Part shown: piece by piece, positions 14,336 through 27,190 of the stretch
Numbering within the stretch: the stretch's first letter is position 1
How the letters are laid out: each line of letters starts with the position of its first letter
Origin: Schmidtea polychroa
Taxonomy: Eukaryota
DNA: 64,000 nucleotides
Assembly: GCA_044892525.1 (NCBI GenBank)
Contig: CM097885.1
Location: forward strand, 47,059,727 to 47,123,726
Reading direction: 5' to 3'
The notes under the pieces: model-generated
Databases searched by the model: none
The model's input: the letters and a program-made list of their open reading frames with translations, nothing else
Told to the model about the DNA's origin: nothing
Translations under genes and position numbers: made by a program

Positions 14336-15272
14336 TATTGCATTTCGTCGTATTTCTCTTCGGCTTCACTTGAATAATTCAGTTGATAGTTTGCATCTTG
14401 ATTTCCAATTGCTGCTACCTCTCTTCTGTTATACTGATTGTTCTGTTGAAATCGGCCCCCTTTATTTCGGTGTGCTGCATTATTTCTTCCGTAATGATTC
14501 ATTTTCGGCTTAAATCTTTCTAGGTTTGTATAGCATTCAGTTTCTTTGTGACCTTGTAGATGACATCTCCTACACTGAATGTTTGGACATTCTCGGCGTA
14601 CGTGTCCATATAATCCACATCCAAAACACTGAATCCTCCTCTTCATAGTACATTCTCGGCTTAAATACCTGGTTTTTGGCATGTCCAGCATACGACGTTC
14701 TTAGTCGCTTCCAATGGTTTTAACATTGGCATCGTATTTGTCTGTGTGGGTCTTTGAACGGCATCTCTGTAGGTTTTGACGGGTTTCATATAGGTTATAG
14801 GTCGGATGGAGTTAACATGGTTTATAGCTTTATTCACTTTCTCAACTTTTCTAATTGTGCTTTTAATTTCTTCTGACGTCTTTAGTTCTTGCATTTCTAT
14901 TTCTTTTTTAACTTTTTTCTCTCGAGCCCCATTCATGAGTAGGCAATCTTTAATTTCTTCTTCGTTCCACTCATGTCGCAGTAATCTTTTGGTTAATTTC
15001 TCTACTTTTTCGATAAAGCGGTCTGCTGAATCGGATCCTTGTTCATAATTTAGAGCTTCCTTTAAGTCTTCGAATAATGATTTTGGCCTCGAAAATGCTG
15101 ATCTGAGCTTCTCTTCAAATGTTTTTCCTTCTGCTTTTTCATATTCATCGTATAATGGTTTATCCAACAGTGTGGTAACCAGAATCATCTGCATCTTGAC
15201 AGATGTTTTCGTAATATTAAAAGAATTTTGGCATTCTTTGATGAATTCTTCCAGGTCGTCGTCTCTGTGGAA
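14284..15272 (-). pseudogene. gag: Gypsy gag with three CCHC zinc knuckles, frameshifted
   Basis: CWTCQKPG/LSREC (broken by a 1-nt deletion near 14667), CFGCGLYGHVRREC and CRRCHLQGHKETEC. The frame stays open upstream of 15194 to ~15272 with no ATG, so the 5' end appears damaged. Confidence 0.9.
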
Positions 15273-15300
15273 TCAACCTGCTAATCAATAGGTTTGTTGG

Positions 15301-15311
15301 CGTGGTCGCCA
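15301..15311 (-). other. Primer-binding site (tRNA-Arg type)
   Basis: TGGCGACCACG abuts the 5' LTR and is complementary to the ...CGUGGUCGCCA 3' end of metazoan tRNA-Arg(UCG). Confidence 0.8.
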
Positions 15312-15650
15312 CGTTAGCCGCAACAACGTCAAATTCATTCTCAATCTCCATAATTAATAAATTAAACAAATAAAATTACTAAATTCATTTTATTCACAAA
15401 ACTGCGCTTTTTTTGTAATATTCAAACAATCTGTTCGAGGCTTTTTTATTATTTTAATTTTGATGCTGATTTCAATGCTGGTTTAATTTATTTTAATATT
15501 TAATATATTTTTAGTTATTTTTATATTTTAAACTTACTTTAATTTATTAATTTAAATATTTATATAAAAATTTATGTAATCTGATATATACAATTTAAAT
15601 GTTTATTAGCAATATTCAGTTTTAACTTAAACGTGAATTCTACCCTTTCA
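15312..15650 (-). repeat. 5' LTR of Gypsy
   Basis: 339 bp, near-identical to 10545-10883; its inner terminal CA is mutated to CG. Confidence 0.95.
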
Positions 15651-18600
15651 CAATATATATCATCTCCAGTTAGGTATTTGATGGTAAATATTTGTAGAAA
15701 ATAATGAGTTTATTATATCTTTGTTACATAAGTCGACTTTAGCGTCAAATGTGTTTTTAAAATATATTTAAATTTTAAAATACCGCAACGTAATATATTT
15801 TTTTCATACCCTTCCTTGATTTTGATTGGTTAGTGGGCTCTTATTATTTAGCTTCTAAATTATTTCAATGGAAGAATGTCTGGTGTCTGTAACAGTTTAT
15901 GAAAATTCATATTTTTTGATGAATTCTCTAAGGATTTTAGATGATTGACTGAATTAAAGGGGATATAACCTCAAGGGATATAGTTGGTTAGATATTGAAA
16001 TTTAAATTGGTAGAAATATTTACTGAGAGATCGGTTAAGATGGGAATATATGTTTTTATGGGGGATAAGGTCGGTTAAATTTAATGAGGGGTTTAAATGG
16101 GAATATATGTTTTTATGGGGGGGATATAGTCGGTTAAATTTAATGAGAGATGGGTTAAGATCGGAATATATGATTTTTTTAATGGTGATGTTTTAAGGGA
16201 AATTGCAATTAGTCAGTTATGAATCAATAATAATGTGAAATCATATTGTTTTATTAGGTTGTGATTAATTCATTGTATATTAATTTAGATTTATGTTTTA
16301 GAACAATGTTCTATTAAGTAGGGATAATGATCGATTTACTTGGTTTTGACAATGAAATCTTTACAGATAATTGGGATTGACTTCAACTTTAAATTATTTT
16401 TTTTCTTTATTTAAGCGGAGAATGACAAAAGTTGAGAAATATGGACTTAAAACATCGACAACAACTAAATAAAATTGATCTTTATTTGAAGAAATCTATC
16501 GATTGATTTTAATTAGCAATTAAATCGATTGAATATCGGTAAAAATGATCATTTGAAGAAATATATTTTATTGAATGGATAAATTTAATCTTTCAATGGG
16601 ACCTAGTCAGTTATATTGTACAGTAATAATTATTGTAAATTTCAAATAGAGTGATTTATTTTTAGAATAAAAATTTAATTATAACTGGTTTTATCATTAG
16701 ATTTTATAAATTATTTAGTGTTAATGATCAAATTATTTTACATGTTTTATAGGGAAATATTCGTGATAATAGGAATTAGTCATTTAAAAGGATTTTAAGG
16801 AATCTTATTAGTCCGAGGGAAATATATATCCTTTTAAGTGTAATTATCGATAAAATACTAATCTTTAAAGTTGGAGTTATTTCAGGGAAATTTGGTGCTT
16901 TTTAGATGATTTTAGTGAAATATTTGTAATAATATGAATTAAGGCTTGAAATATAGTCATTTAAGGGATTTTAAGGAATCTTATTAGTTTGAGGTGAATA
17001 TATGATCTTTAACAATTATTTATCATTAAAATATCAATCTTTAAATATTGATATATTTGGGAGGAAAGGATTCTTTTTAGATGATTTTATTAGAGAATTC
17101 ACTTGGATATACCAATTATTGTCATTTAAATGAATTTACTGGTTTGTTAGATGTTATCATTAGTTATCTAGTCTCTTTTGGAATTTAATGATAATTATTT
17201 TTATTGTAGATTGCTGACTTTGATAATTGTAATGAATTTATACTGATTTTTTGAATATATTGAGCAATCAGTCAATCAATTTGAGTACATGTATTACTTT
17301 TTAAAAAAATAATTAAAATTAATTTTATTTTAATTTTTTTATTCAATCTAAATCAATAACCTACTAGATCTTATTTATTAACTTAGTCGATTCATATTAA
17401 CTTGAATGATCAGTATTTTTTTTATTTACTTGATGATTAATGACTAGAATTTTTTCTTGTCCATTATTTACATTTTTATAATATTTATTTGGTATATTTT
17501 GAATAATTTAAATTTTTACAATTATTTAATCAATTTTTATCAAGTTATTGATGTCTTGAGTTCAATTAATTTTACATCCAATTTTTCAAGTGAAGAGTAT
17601 TTTCTTTTAAAGATCAATTTATTAGTACATAGTTGTTGGTTGTAAGTAGTTTGTTGACTTTTTAGATTTTGATAAGAAGATAGTGTATGTGATGAAGAAT
17701 ATTTTGTATTTAATTGCTATTATTTTTATGTGTGGTTAGTTGATTGTTGGTACTTGGTATCTGGTTGATAGTACTTTGCTGATAGTCTTGGTATCTTGTT
17801 GTAAGTACTTAACTGATAGCGTTTGGTATATTGTTGTAAGTACTTGGTATCTAGTTGAAAATACGTGTTTATAGTTACTGGTAGATGATATTAAGTTGTT
17901 GGTATCTTGTACTTGGTAGTTGGTGCGATGTTGTTAGTATCTAGATGTAGGTTGATATTTGTTAATTTCTCGATGGGTTTTGATGCTGGTTGTAAGTACT
18001 TGGTATCTAGTTGTTAGCTGGTTGTTAGTACTTAGTAGCTAGTTAATGGGTAGGTGGTGGTTGAGTGTTACCAATACCCTTACGACTAGTACCATTACGA
18101 CTAATACCCTTACGAGCAATACCCTTAGCGGGTCAAAACATCCTGTCGGATAGACTAAGAGTAAATATAATAAAACTGATCAACAATAAGTATTTATTGA
18201 ATGTGATTTTTACATTGCAATAATAAGTCAGTAGTTATCATTTAAAAGAAGAATGTTTTGTAAATTAGAATTCATTAGTCTTTCATTGTAATTTAAATTA
18301 TCTTCAATCCCACGTGTTGTTTTAAAGTGATTGAGTTTTGGTTTTTGAATGAAAATCAACAGTTTTGTTAAATTTAGACATTTTGAAAAGGTTTTTCTAC
18401 TGATTGTAATTAAAATTATTATAGTATTGAAATTATTATTGTATTGAAAATCCCTGAATCAATCGAGACCCCCTCGCTATAGTCTAATAAAAAAAATTTT
18501 GGACTAAAAATCCCTGAACGCAAAAAATGTGAGTTGCAACAATTGCGTAATCAAAAGTTGCAACAATATTAAAGTTGCAACAATTTTAACCCCCCCCCCC

Positions 18601-21259
18601 CCCCTCCGGGGGGGGGGTAATTGTTGCAGCGGGCTACTAACTACCTACTGTTACCAAAAAATAACAAAATATAAATAAAAGAAATTATTAAATGGCCTGC
18701 ACGAAAAAAACGACACACTACCTAGCATATCTTTAACATTGCTGATTGGACTGGTCCATTAGTGTGCCTTTGTATGTGTGTATTTTGTAAAATGTTAGTC
18801 CACAAAATAGGTTCCTGTCATTTTTTCAATTAACAACATAATTTTAAGAGCATTACTAACTATTATAATAGCTGGAGATGAATAAATAGTTAACAATCTT
18901 AACATGAATATTATAATTATTATAGTAGGCTGTTTTGAATTCGTGTTTTAGGGGCGCCAGATATATGAACCGCACAGGGCGCAATAATGCCTTGTTACGG
19001 CCCTGAGGATTTTGATATACTTTTTTAATCTATTAAACATATTTATTCATTCTCTACATCACTATTTACATAGGTAAACACATTTATTTACAGTGTAGAG
19101 ATTTATTATAAGACACGCAAGTTCAACGCTTTGCCTTAATATAATTATAATTGTACATTTGATATTCCTGGCCAATTCTCAGCATGATGTAACCCCATGT
19201 AATTATTATGTATAAATGCCTGTATATTTGCCTGGTTAATGTTGAATATAACGATCCTCGTGTGAATATATCTTTAAAGAAAGAATAAAGACTTATTGCG
19301 TTTCAAACGAATTTAAGGTTTATTTAACTCTTGAGCTTTATTACTTCTTAATTCTTAAGCACCTATAACTTGGTCATGTCCAAAAAGGGGAAAATGAAAA
19401 AATTAGATAATTACCAGAATTTTTGAATAATATTTACTAGAAAATATTGTTATTAAAATTTTTTAACATTTGCTTAATTTAATTTATAATTTTAAAAAGT
19501 AATAATTGAGAATCGCACTAAAGATTTACAAAAAAAATTTAGATGAAAAAATACATTTGTAAAATTATTATTCTAAAAAATACAATATTAATTAAATTTA
19601 TTCTCGGTAATTTCATCTTTTCAGGTCACGCCTAAAATAATTGACTTCATTAATAAATTTTCTGTTTCTGATTTTAATTATTTCTTATTTCGTATTATTT
19701 GGGAAATATTTCAAATAGAAAAACACGACAAGAAAAATGAATTTACAATCAAATCTTTGAATTTCTTCAATCAAAATCTCATCTCATAAATCGGTTATTT
19801 AAGTGACATTTATTGCGATGTGATATTCACGAGTTTCTATGAAAGTTTTCACAGCCACATTTTATAATAAATTGCATAAATGTCATTTCTTATCAATCAA
19901 ATATCCCTTAAGATATTTCTAATTTATTTTCCATTTGCGAGTGTAATAATTGAAGAATTTCTTTTTTTAGTGGACAGATTTAATAGATTCTGATTAATTG
20001 AATAAAAATGCATGAAATATAATATCAATAAAGTTTTTAATTTTAACAATTTAGTAAAAAATGTTTACTTTTTATATTGTCATTTAATATTAAAACAAAT
20101 AAAATATTTAAAAATATCAATCACATCTATCGGTGACCCATATCATTATTTTTCTAAATATTCTATGTAAATAAATATAATAAATAATATATTTTGCCAC
20201 CTACTAACAGGCAGTTTTTATGCCTGTCAAGCTGGTGAATTTTCTTTTCCCTATTGAAATGATAAATGTCGTGAACAAGACTTTAATTAATTAATTGGTT
20301 TGTATTTTCATAAAAAAATCTACCAAAGGATCCCCTACACCGATTTAAAATCGTTACATTTATACTTATATTTCCATTTGTTTATACCTTTTCTCTCCGA
20401 AAAATTCGAAATATTGATTTTGCTATTTTTTAATTAATTTTTTGTTATTTAATTTATTTCTTGGATATTAATTAAATTTTGAATTTTAATTGCTTTGCTT
20501 TTGAACTTCCCATTATTTCAACTTCAAATATTTATGCGTTAATGACAATGAAAATAAATGTACAACATTGATTAAATACCAGGATCTGTGTAATTTGGTA
20601 AATTTTTATTTCGAATCGAATGAGCTATAAATCGTTGATACCCATAGAGAAAATTTCTGTGAAATCAAAAGAAGAGGGTAAAGTTTTATAATGGATTGGA
20701 TCTGGTGTTACGGGCTCACAACATACTAACTATGTCATGTATCTTTGCATTAGCTTGAAATATTTCCATATTACAATATTTTATATTTAATATCAAATAA
20801 AAAAAATTCTTATAAGTGAGAAATAGTGAGGTGGTTTAAATTCATTAAAAAATAAAAAATTATTCCCAGTTAAAAATATTTTAATTTTTAATTGAAAAAA
20901 TATTTTAATCGCTTATTTGTATGTTGTTTAATATGATTATGATAGTTTTTAATTAACTATTATTTTTATTAAAATTCATTTCTATTTGCTGTTGTAAATA
21001 TTCCACAAAGAAAATTTATCTTATTTTGTAATAAATCGCTTTTAAATATTATTGATATGTTTGTTTTCATCGGAACTAATTTTATTAAGTAAATTAAACA
21101 AACATTTGGTTGTAGAGAAAATAAAACAAATAAAATGTGACTTAATTCATGGACGATTTGTGATTACATAAATAAATGAAAAGAAAGAAAATAATTTTTA
21201 AAAATAAATTAAAATATTTTTTATATAGATATTGATAGATATTTATAGATATTTTAAAA

Positions 21260-21400
21260 TCACTTGAAGAAAGCAGTGCTGAAAATTCGTGAATATCAAA
21301 AAAACATCGATATATTTACTAATTCATAGTCAAGCTTTTTAATAAATACAATGCCAATTGAAAAGAAATCAGTGGTGAAAATTGAATAAAGTTCTTATAA
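21260..21400 (+). repeat. Dispersed hammerhead-like repeat, copy 2
   Basis: TCAC-TTGAAGAA-AGCAGTGCT-GAAA-ATTC-GTGA plus shared tail. Confidence 0.7.
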
Positions 21401-21698
21401 TAGATATTTATATTATGTTTTTCAAATGTAAAATATTTGTATAGATATATAAATAATATTTACATGGGTGATTCCAATAACTAAGGCATAATTTGCATTA
21501 TTTTTGTTCTTCAAACTGTCTAAAATGATTTTTTATATATTTCAAATTTAGATGGCCTAATTCAATGAGATATTGAAACGAAGTACTTTTTCTATCAAAG
21601 AGAAAGTAAATATATTAAAATATTTTCAGGTTATTAAGACTTCACTGTTCCTTTGAATGAAATCACAATAAATGATGCAAATGTGGCAGTCATTATTG

Positions 21699-21828
<130 letters not shown>

Positions 21829-23499
21829 TATTCACTTAATTATTAAATCCATCAAAGGGAAATTTCTCATATCGTCATATTAAAACACAAAATTGAAAGT
21901 TTTTTAAAAATGCATTACAAGACGAAAAACTAGCTCTGTATTGTGGGAATTTCGCCTTGTTGGTCATATTTATATGAAAACCAAAATATTCTTTGGGTTT
22001 GATGATGTTTTTGGATTCATTTGGAATTCTAAAAAACAGTACCCAACATTTGTTACGGAAAGTCCTCGATTCACAATGCAGGTCTTGTTTTTCAATTATT
22101 CAAGCAAAATCACATTTATTCCAATTCAGAAATCTTCATATTTTCCCTTTAGGTTTTTGTCAAATTATTACTTTTCCCCAATCCATTTTAACCTGTCAAA
22201 TATAATTTTTTAATGATACTAAAAAATGAATTCTTTTCTGTAATTTCTGAAACCTTTAATATTCGTTATGTGTTCTGTGTTTATGCTTGATAGTGGCCTG
22301 GATCAATGTGACATATGGCCTTATCATAATCAAATATAATGAGTTAATATTAATATTCGGTTGGATAGAGCTTATGATTCAACTTCTCGTATTCTCAATC
22401 AGAATAAGAAACTCAATGCAACAAGTTTTATTTGTTTTCACTGGCATAATAGAACATTTTTTGTCACTTACAGAATTGTATTTTATTAATTAAATCAATT
22501 TATTTAATTGATCTATTAATTAATTAGTTTTTATTTCTTAAATATGATTGCCTAGAGACACAAATCGATTTAAAATCATTCTATTCACATTCTCATTTGC
22601 CTTTATCTTTTCAGCCGAAAATTACTAATTTTTGCACAATTTATTTTTTAAATTTTGCTGCATTCGACATTTCACGTGTTGTACACACTTTATTATAAAT
22701 TTAATTTTTATTCGAACTTCTTTTGGTATAACTATCAAAATTTTAAATTCCCAAGATACCTTTACTCTTCCACTTTATAACTTTCAAGAAAATAGCAGGT
22801 GGTAAGAGAATTTACAAATAACTTCACATTTCATAAACCTAAGAAAAATTAAAAAAAACTGTCATTTTTGCTGTAAATAATTTATTTTGTGAATCTCCAA
22901 CTGTCCCATGAAAAAAACATTATCTAATATTTAATCTCCCTACATAATATAAAACCACATTTGTCTCCTATTTCTAGAATTTCAATTATCTCTCAATTAT
23001 CAAATTAATGTCAAACAGAAATAAAATTAAAACTTTGTTTTAATGAACTGAAAGTTTTCAAGTCCCAAATGTATTCTTTGTTTTTCAGTGAAGACTTTAG
23101 AGTCTTCATTGAAGGTCACTGTTTTATTTTAATGAATTAATTTTAAATTATCATTTAATCAAAACGTTTTGTTGGTGATGTTAATTAATGCTTAACTGTT
23201 TAATATTAAATGAATAAAAATTATTAAAAGCAATTAATTAACCATTAATTATCAATTTTAAAATTAGATAATTTTAAATTTCAATAAACTTATTTATGTT
23301 AATGATTTAATTTTTGTTTATCTCAAAAATGTTAGATTAAATAATAAATTTTATTTAAACAAAAATAATAATAATAATGAAATTAAAAAATATTCAGAAA
23401 AGTTAGAAAAGAAAATGCACAATAATAAATTTAAGATTAAATGTTGTATATGAAGACCGCATACTGAAAATACTTGAATTACAAAATGCAGTTAAAAAG

Positions 23500-23900
23500 A
23501 CTTCATTATAAATATACATAAGACATTGTGCTATGTTGGTGTTTAAAACGTGATGGAATGCATCAATACGTATTTATGATATGGAAGAGATGCAAATATC
23601 TGTAAAAGAAGCAGTCCAATTTTGAATTCAAACTAACAAGAGTATGGGAACCAAATGTAAATAAGAATATCAAGAGATGATATATGTACATTATAGATAT
23701 GAACAAGAGAAAGAATAATAAGCCAAACTAAAGTGAAGTTCCAGTATAAAGGAGTTTCCAAGTTGGTGAAAATGTTTTAGTTGAGGTTGACATTCTGTCA
23801 AAAAAACAAGATTGATACGCATAAACATTTGAAGTTGTCAAAAAGTACAATGTAGAATAAGTTACTGGGTAAAGAATATGTACGGGAACTTTTAACGAAG
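23500..23900 (+). pseudogene. Highly decayed Gypsy integrase relic
   Basis: Fragments HKTLCYVGV and FQVGENVLVEVDILSKKQD*Y resemble HLLLCHAGV and LDIGDKVLIKREIRNKDQDRY of the Gypsy integrase in this window. Confidence 0.45.
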
Positions 23901-26888
23901 GGAAAATAATACATCAAGTTCAACTAACTATATTTGTAATTAATATAAATATATTAATTATTTATCATTATATAACATTTACGTGAAATATTATTGGCGT
24001 TATTAAATTATGTTAGATTAATTATTCATCAATATTTTAGGTTCGTTATAATTCACTATTTATGTTTATGACATAATTGTAATTAACCCTTAGTTGCCCA
24101 AAGAAATGAAAAAACTTTGCAGTACTATCATGTTAGTACCGTTACAGTGAACAACACAAAACGTTTTATCTTTCTCTTGATCAGTGGTACTAGAAGGGAC
24201 TATTATTTCAATTTATTCAGCATATCTAACTTACACATTGTGAATACACATGTAAATACTTTAAAACATTATTACTTAACCCATATTACAAAAAACCGTT
24301 TTACCTAAATGAACTTTTCAGACAATAATATTTAATAAAACTTATATAGATTCTTTTAAATGGTGTCCTTGTAATATTTTTAAAATTATGAATACTATTT
24401 TGACCAGGGATAGAATTTATATTGAAATCAATTTGTTTAAATGATACCTCCAAATAAACAGTTTTTAGAATTAATTTAAATTTTTTATTAATACATTAAT
24501 TGATTTGTAAGAAAATTTAATAAAATTGGTCTCATGCATATTGAAATTATTGTTAATGAAAACTGAACCTTTGCTTGACAAAAGCAAAAATGGACACCAA
24601 AAACGTATGAAGAAAAAAGTCGTATTGGTATAAGCAGTATTTGAAAAGGGCAAAGAATTATCAATTCGTAGGACATATAATATTTTACAGATCTCACGAA
24701 CATTTAGTCATAGAATTGTAAGATATTAATTATAAAAGACGTTCTACTTTTCCTAATTTTTGAGTATGTTGTTGGGTGGTTATTTTACTGTCACCCGATG
24801 GCCTCCATTTGTTTGAATTAAAGTTCTGTATTTTGCTTGAAATTTAGCATGAAAAATTGTATTTTAAATTATTTCATTTCTTGTTTATCTCTTATTTGCA
24901 TCTATATTGTTATCAGATAATTGCGATATTTTCTATTAAAATTAATTGGCATTCTGAGCATAACCAGGACTTGAATTTTCTTAAACGAGAAAATCGCATC
25001 TGCTTTCTATTGAAATATTCAATTATCCTTTTTTAGAAAATTACTTGAAAAACCTTGAGAGTATTTTCTTAATAAAATCAGCATCAAAATCGAATTTAAT
25101 AAAAATTATATAATTTTATAATAAACAATGGAAAAAATGGAAATTGTTAAAAATTAATTAAAAACTAATTAAAAATTCAAAAATTTAAAAATTAATATTT
25201 TTCGGGATGGAAAATGAAAATATGCAAATAAAATAAAATAATTTGAAAATGATTGGAAGTGGGGGGGGGTGAATGATAAAACAAATGATAAAAAAAATGA
25301 TAAAACAAATTAATTTATTAATTGATTAATCTCATTTATTATTCAAGAAAATCCATAGATCATTTGGAAAATCTCTACAATGATAGATTATATGATTATA
25401 AGTAATTATAGAACCAGACAAGTTACATTAGCAGAGTTGATGGATTCAAATCTGAGATTAATGGTTCGTCATTATATCGGTTAAAAGAAAAAATTTAAAT
25501 TCATAAACAAAAGTGGATAGAAGTGAAAAACTACTAAGCATTCATATTGGACTTCGAGTTAATAAAAAGAGCTGGGATCCATTGGCTATCTACTCCAGAG
25601 TTGTTTCTAGCATGTCAGTATTTTTTTACATTTATTAAATGATGATTTCTGCCATAGAAATTGCAACACTGGTAAATAATAATTAAATGAAATAAATATA
25701 TTTGCATTTCGAATGCTTAATGAAACACTGTGAGTAAGATTCTTTTAAAAGGAAGTAGAAATAGATAAAGAATATATCTCATGAAAAATAAACGAAAACT
25801 AACAAAAAGGAAGTTGAAAAGGAAATATTGTTGTGTATTAAATTTATAAATAATAAAAATACAAAAGAATATTAAAACAGGTAAATCAAAGATAATCTGA
25901 TAATAAAATTAAATATTTAATTAACTGAATTTTTATTTAAAATTATGGAGTAACGTATGGAAGAAAGACAATGGACATTATTTACAAGCGGCTTCTAGTC
26001 AGCGTAAGGGAGCCAGATTTTTCTTATGTCGGATTGCCTTGATTATAAAAGAATTGAATAAAAATGAAATAATGAATAATAATAAAAGGATACTTACTAC
26101 TCTTTGCGCGCGACGGACCCGTTCATTTTTCTATTTTTATTTATTTTTATTTTATTTATTTATAATTTGTTTATAATATTTGATAAATAAATAATATTAA
26201 TAATAAGAAATAAATAAGAAATAAGAAAATATTGCTTAACTCTATTTTTTATATTTACCTTTCATGTTTATCATTCTGTTCCAAATTCAAAGAAGAAAAT
26301 GATTAACTTAAAAGCGAGTTGTTTGAAAAATATTTATAAAAACATAGATAATACATAATTTACAGTGATAATTTGAGCAATAAATTATTCCTCGAGAAAT
26401 AAGAAATATAAATATAACTTTCACCTAATATCGCAAATTAACTAGCAAAGAAATTAATTTTTCTTTTTTATTATGTTTTTCTTAAGAATTATTATGTCAT
26501 ACTAATCATTTGAGGACTATGAAAATATTTTCATCAATGCATTCTCAATTGTGAAAAATAATTTTGAAATCAGAGAGAAAAGAATAAATTAAAACCGCCA
26601 GAAAACCTGAAATTCTATAAACCGCCAATGGCAAATATAATTAATCTTATAAGAAAATAAGAAAATATTGTTATAATAATGTCAAATAATAAAAAATTCA
26701 AAATTAGGAATTTTATTTTATGTAAAAATAGTTTGTCAGTATAATCATTTACCTTTCATTAGCTTTAATAATTTTATTTATAATTAATTTTAATAAATGC
26801 AATGTCAATTAAAAATAAATCAGTAGTGAAAATTGAAAAAAATTCTTATAATTAATTTTAAACTTAAAAATTGTCAAAGTTTGAATTT

Positions 26889-27190
<302 letters not shown>

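Larger units (their letters stand above)
10545..15650 (-). mobile_element. Full-length defective Ty3/Gypsy LTR retrotransposon
   Basis: Two 339-bp LTRs, 5-bp TSD CAATA (10540-10544, 15651-15655), PBS, PPT, gene order gag-PR-RT-RH-IN. Confidence 0.97.
9216..18649. mobile_element. Non-autonomous element with Polinton/Maverick-type ends (~4.3 kb without the nested Gypsy)
   Basis: Perfect 32-bp TIR AGTAGGTAGTTAGTAGCCCGCTGCAACAATTA (9216-9247 / 18618-18649), AGT...ACT termini, 6-bp TSD GTTACC (9210-9215, 18650-18655). No intact ORFs outside the Gypsy. Confidence 0.8.
9119..19005. mobile_element. hAT-type MITE, split by nested insertions
   Basis: Perfect 16-bp TIR CAGGGCCGTAACAAGG (9119-9134) / CCTTGTTACGGCCCTG (18990-19005). 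Shared subterminal CGCACAGGGCGC at both ends. Degenerate 8-bp TSD AAGCTTTT / AGGATTTT. Confidence 0.85.

Noticed and set aside
11017..15048. Plus-strand ORFs overlapping gag/pol, and similar antisense ORFs over the Polinton genes
   Set aside because: Shadow frames of real genes, with no recognisable motifs.
19094..19375. Possible solo LTR (TG start, AATAAA, TGG after end); similar suspicion for 36180-36500
   Set aside because: No second copy or TSD in the window to support boundaries.
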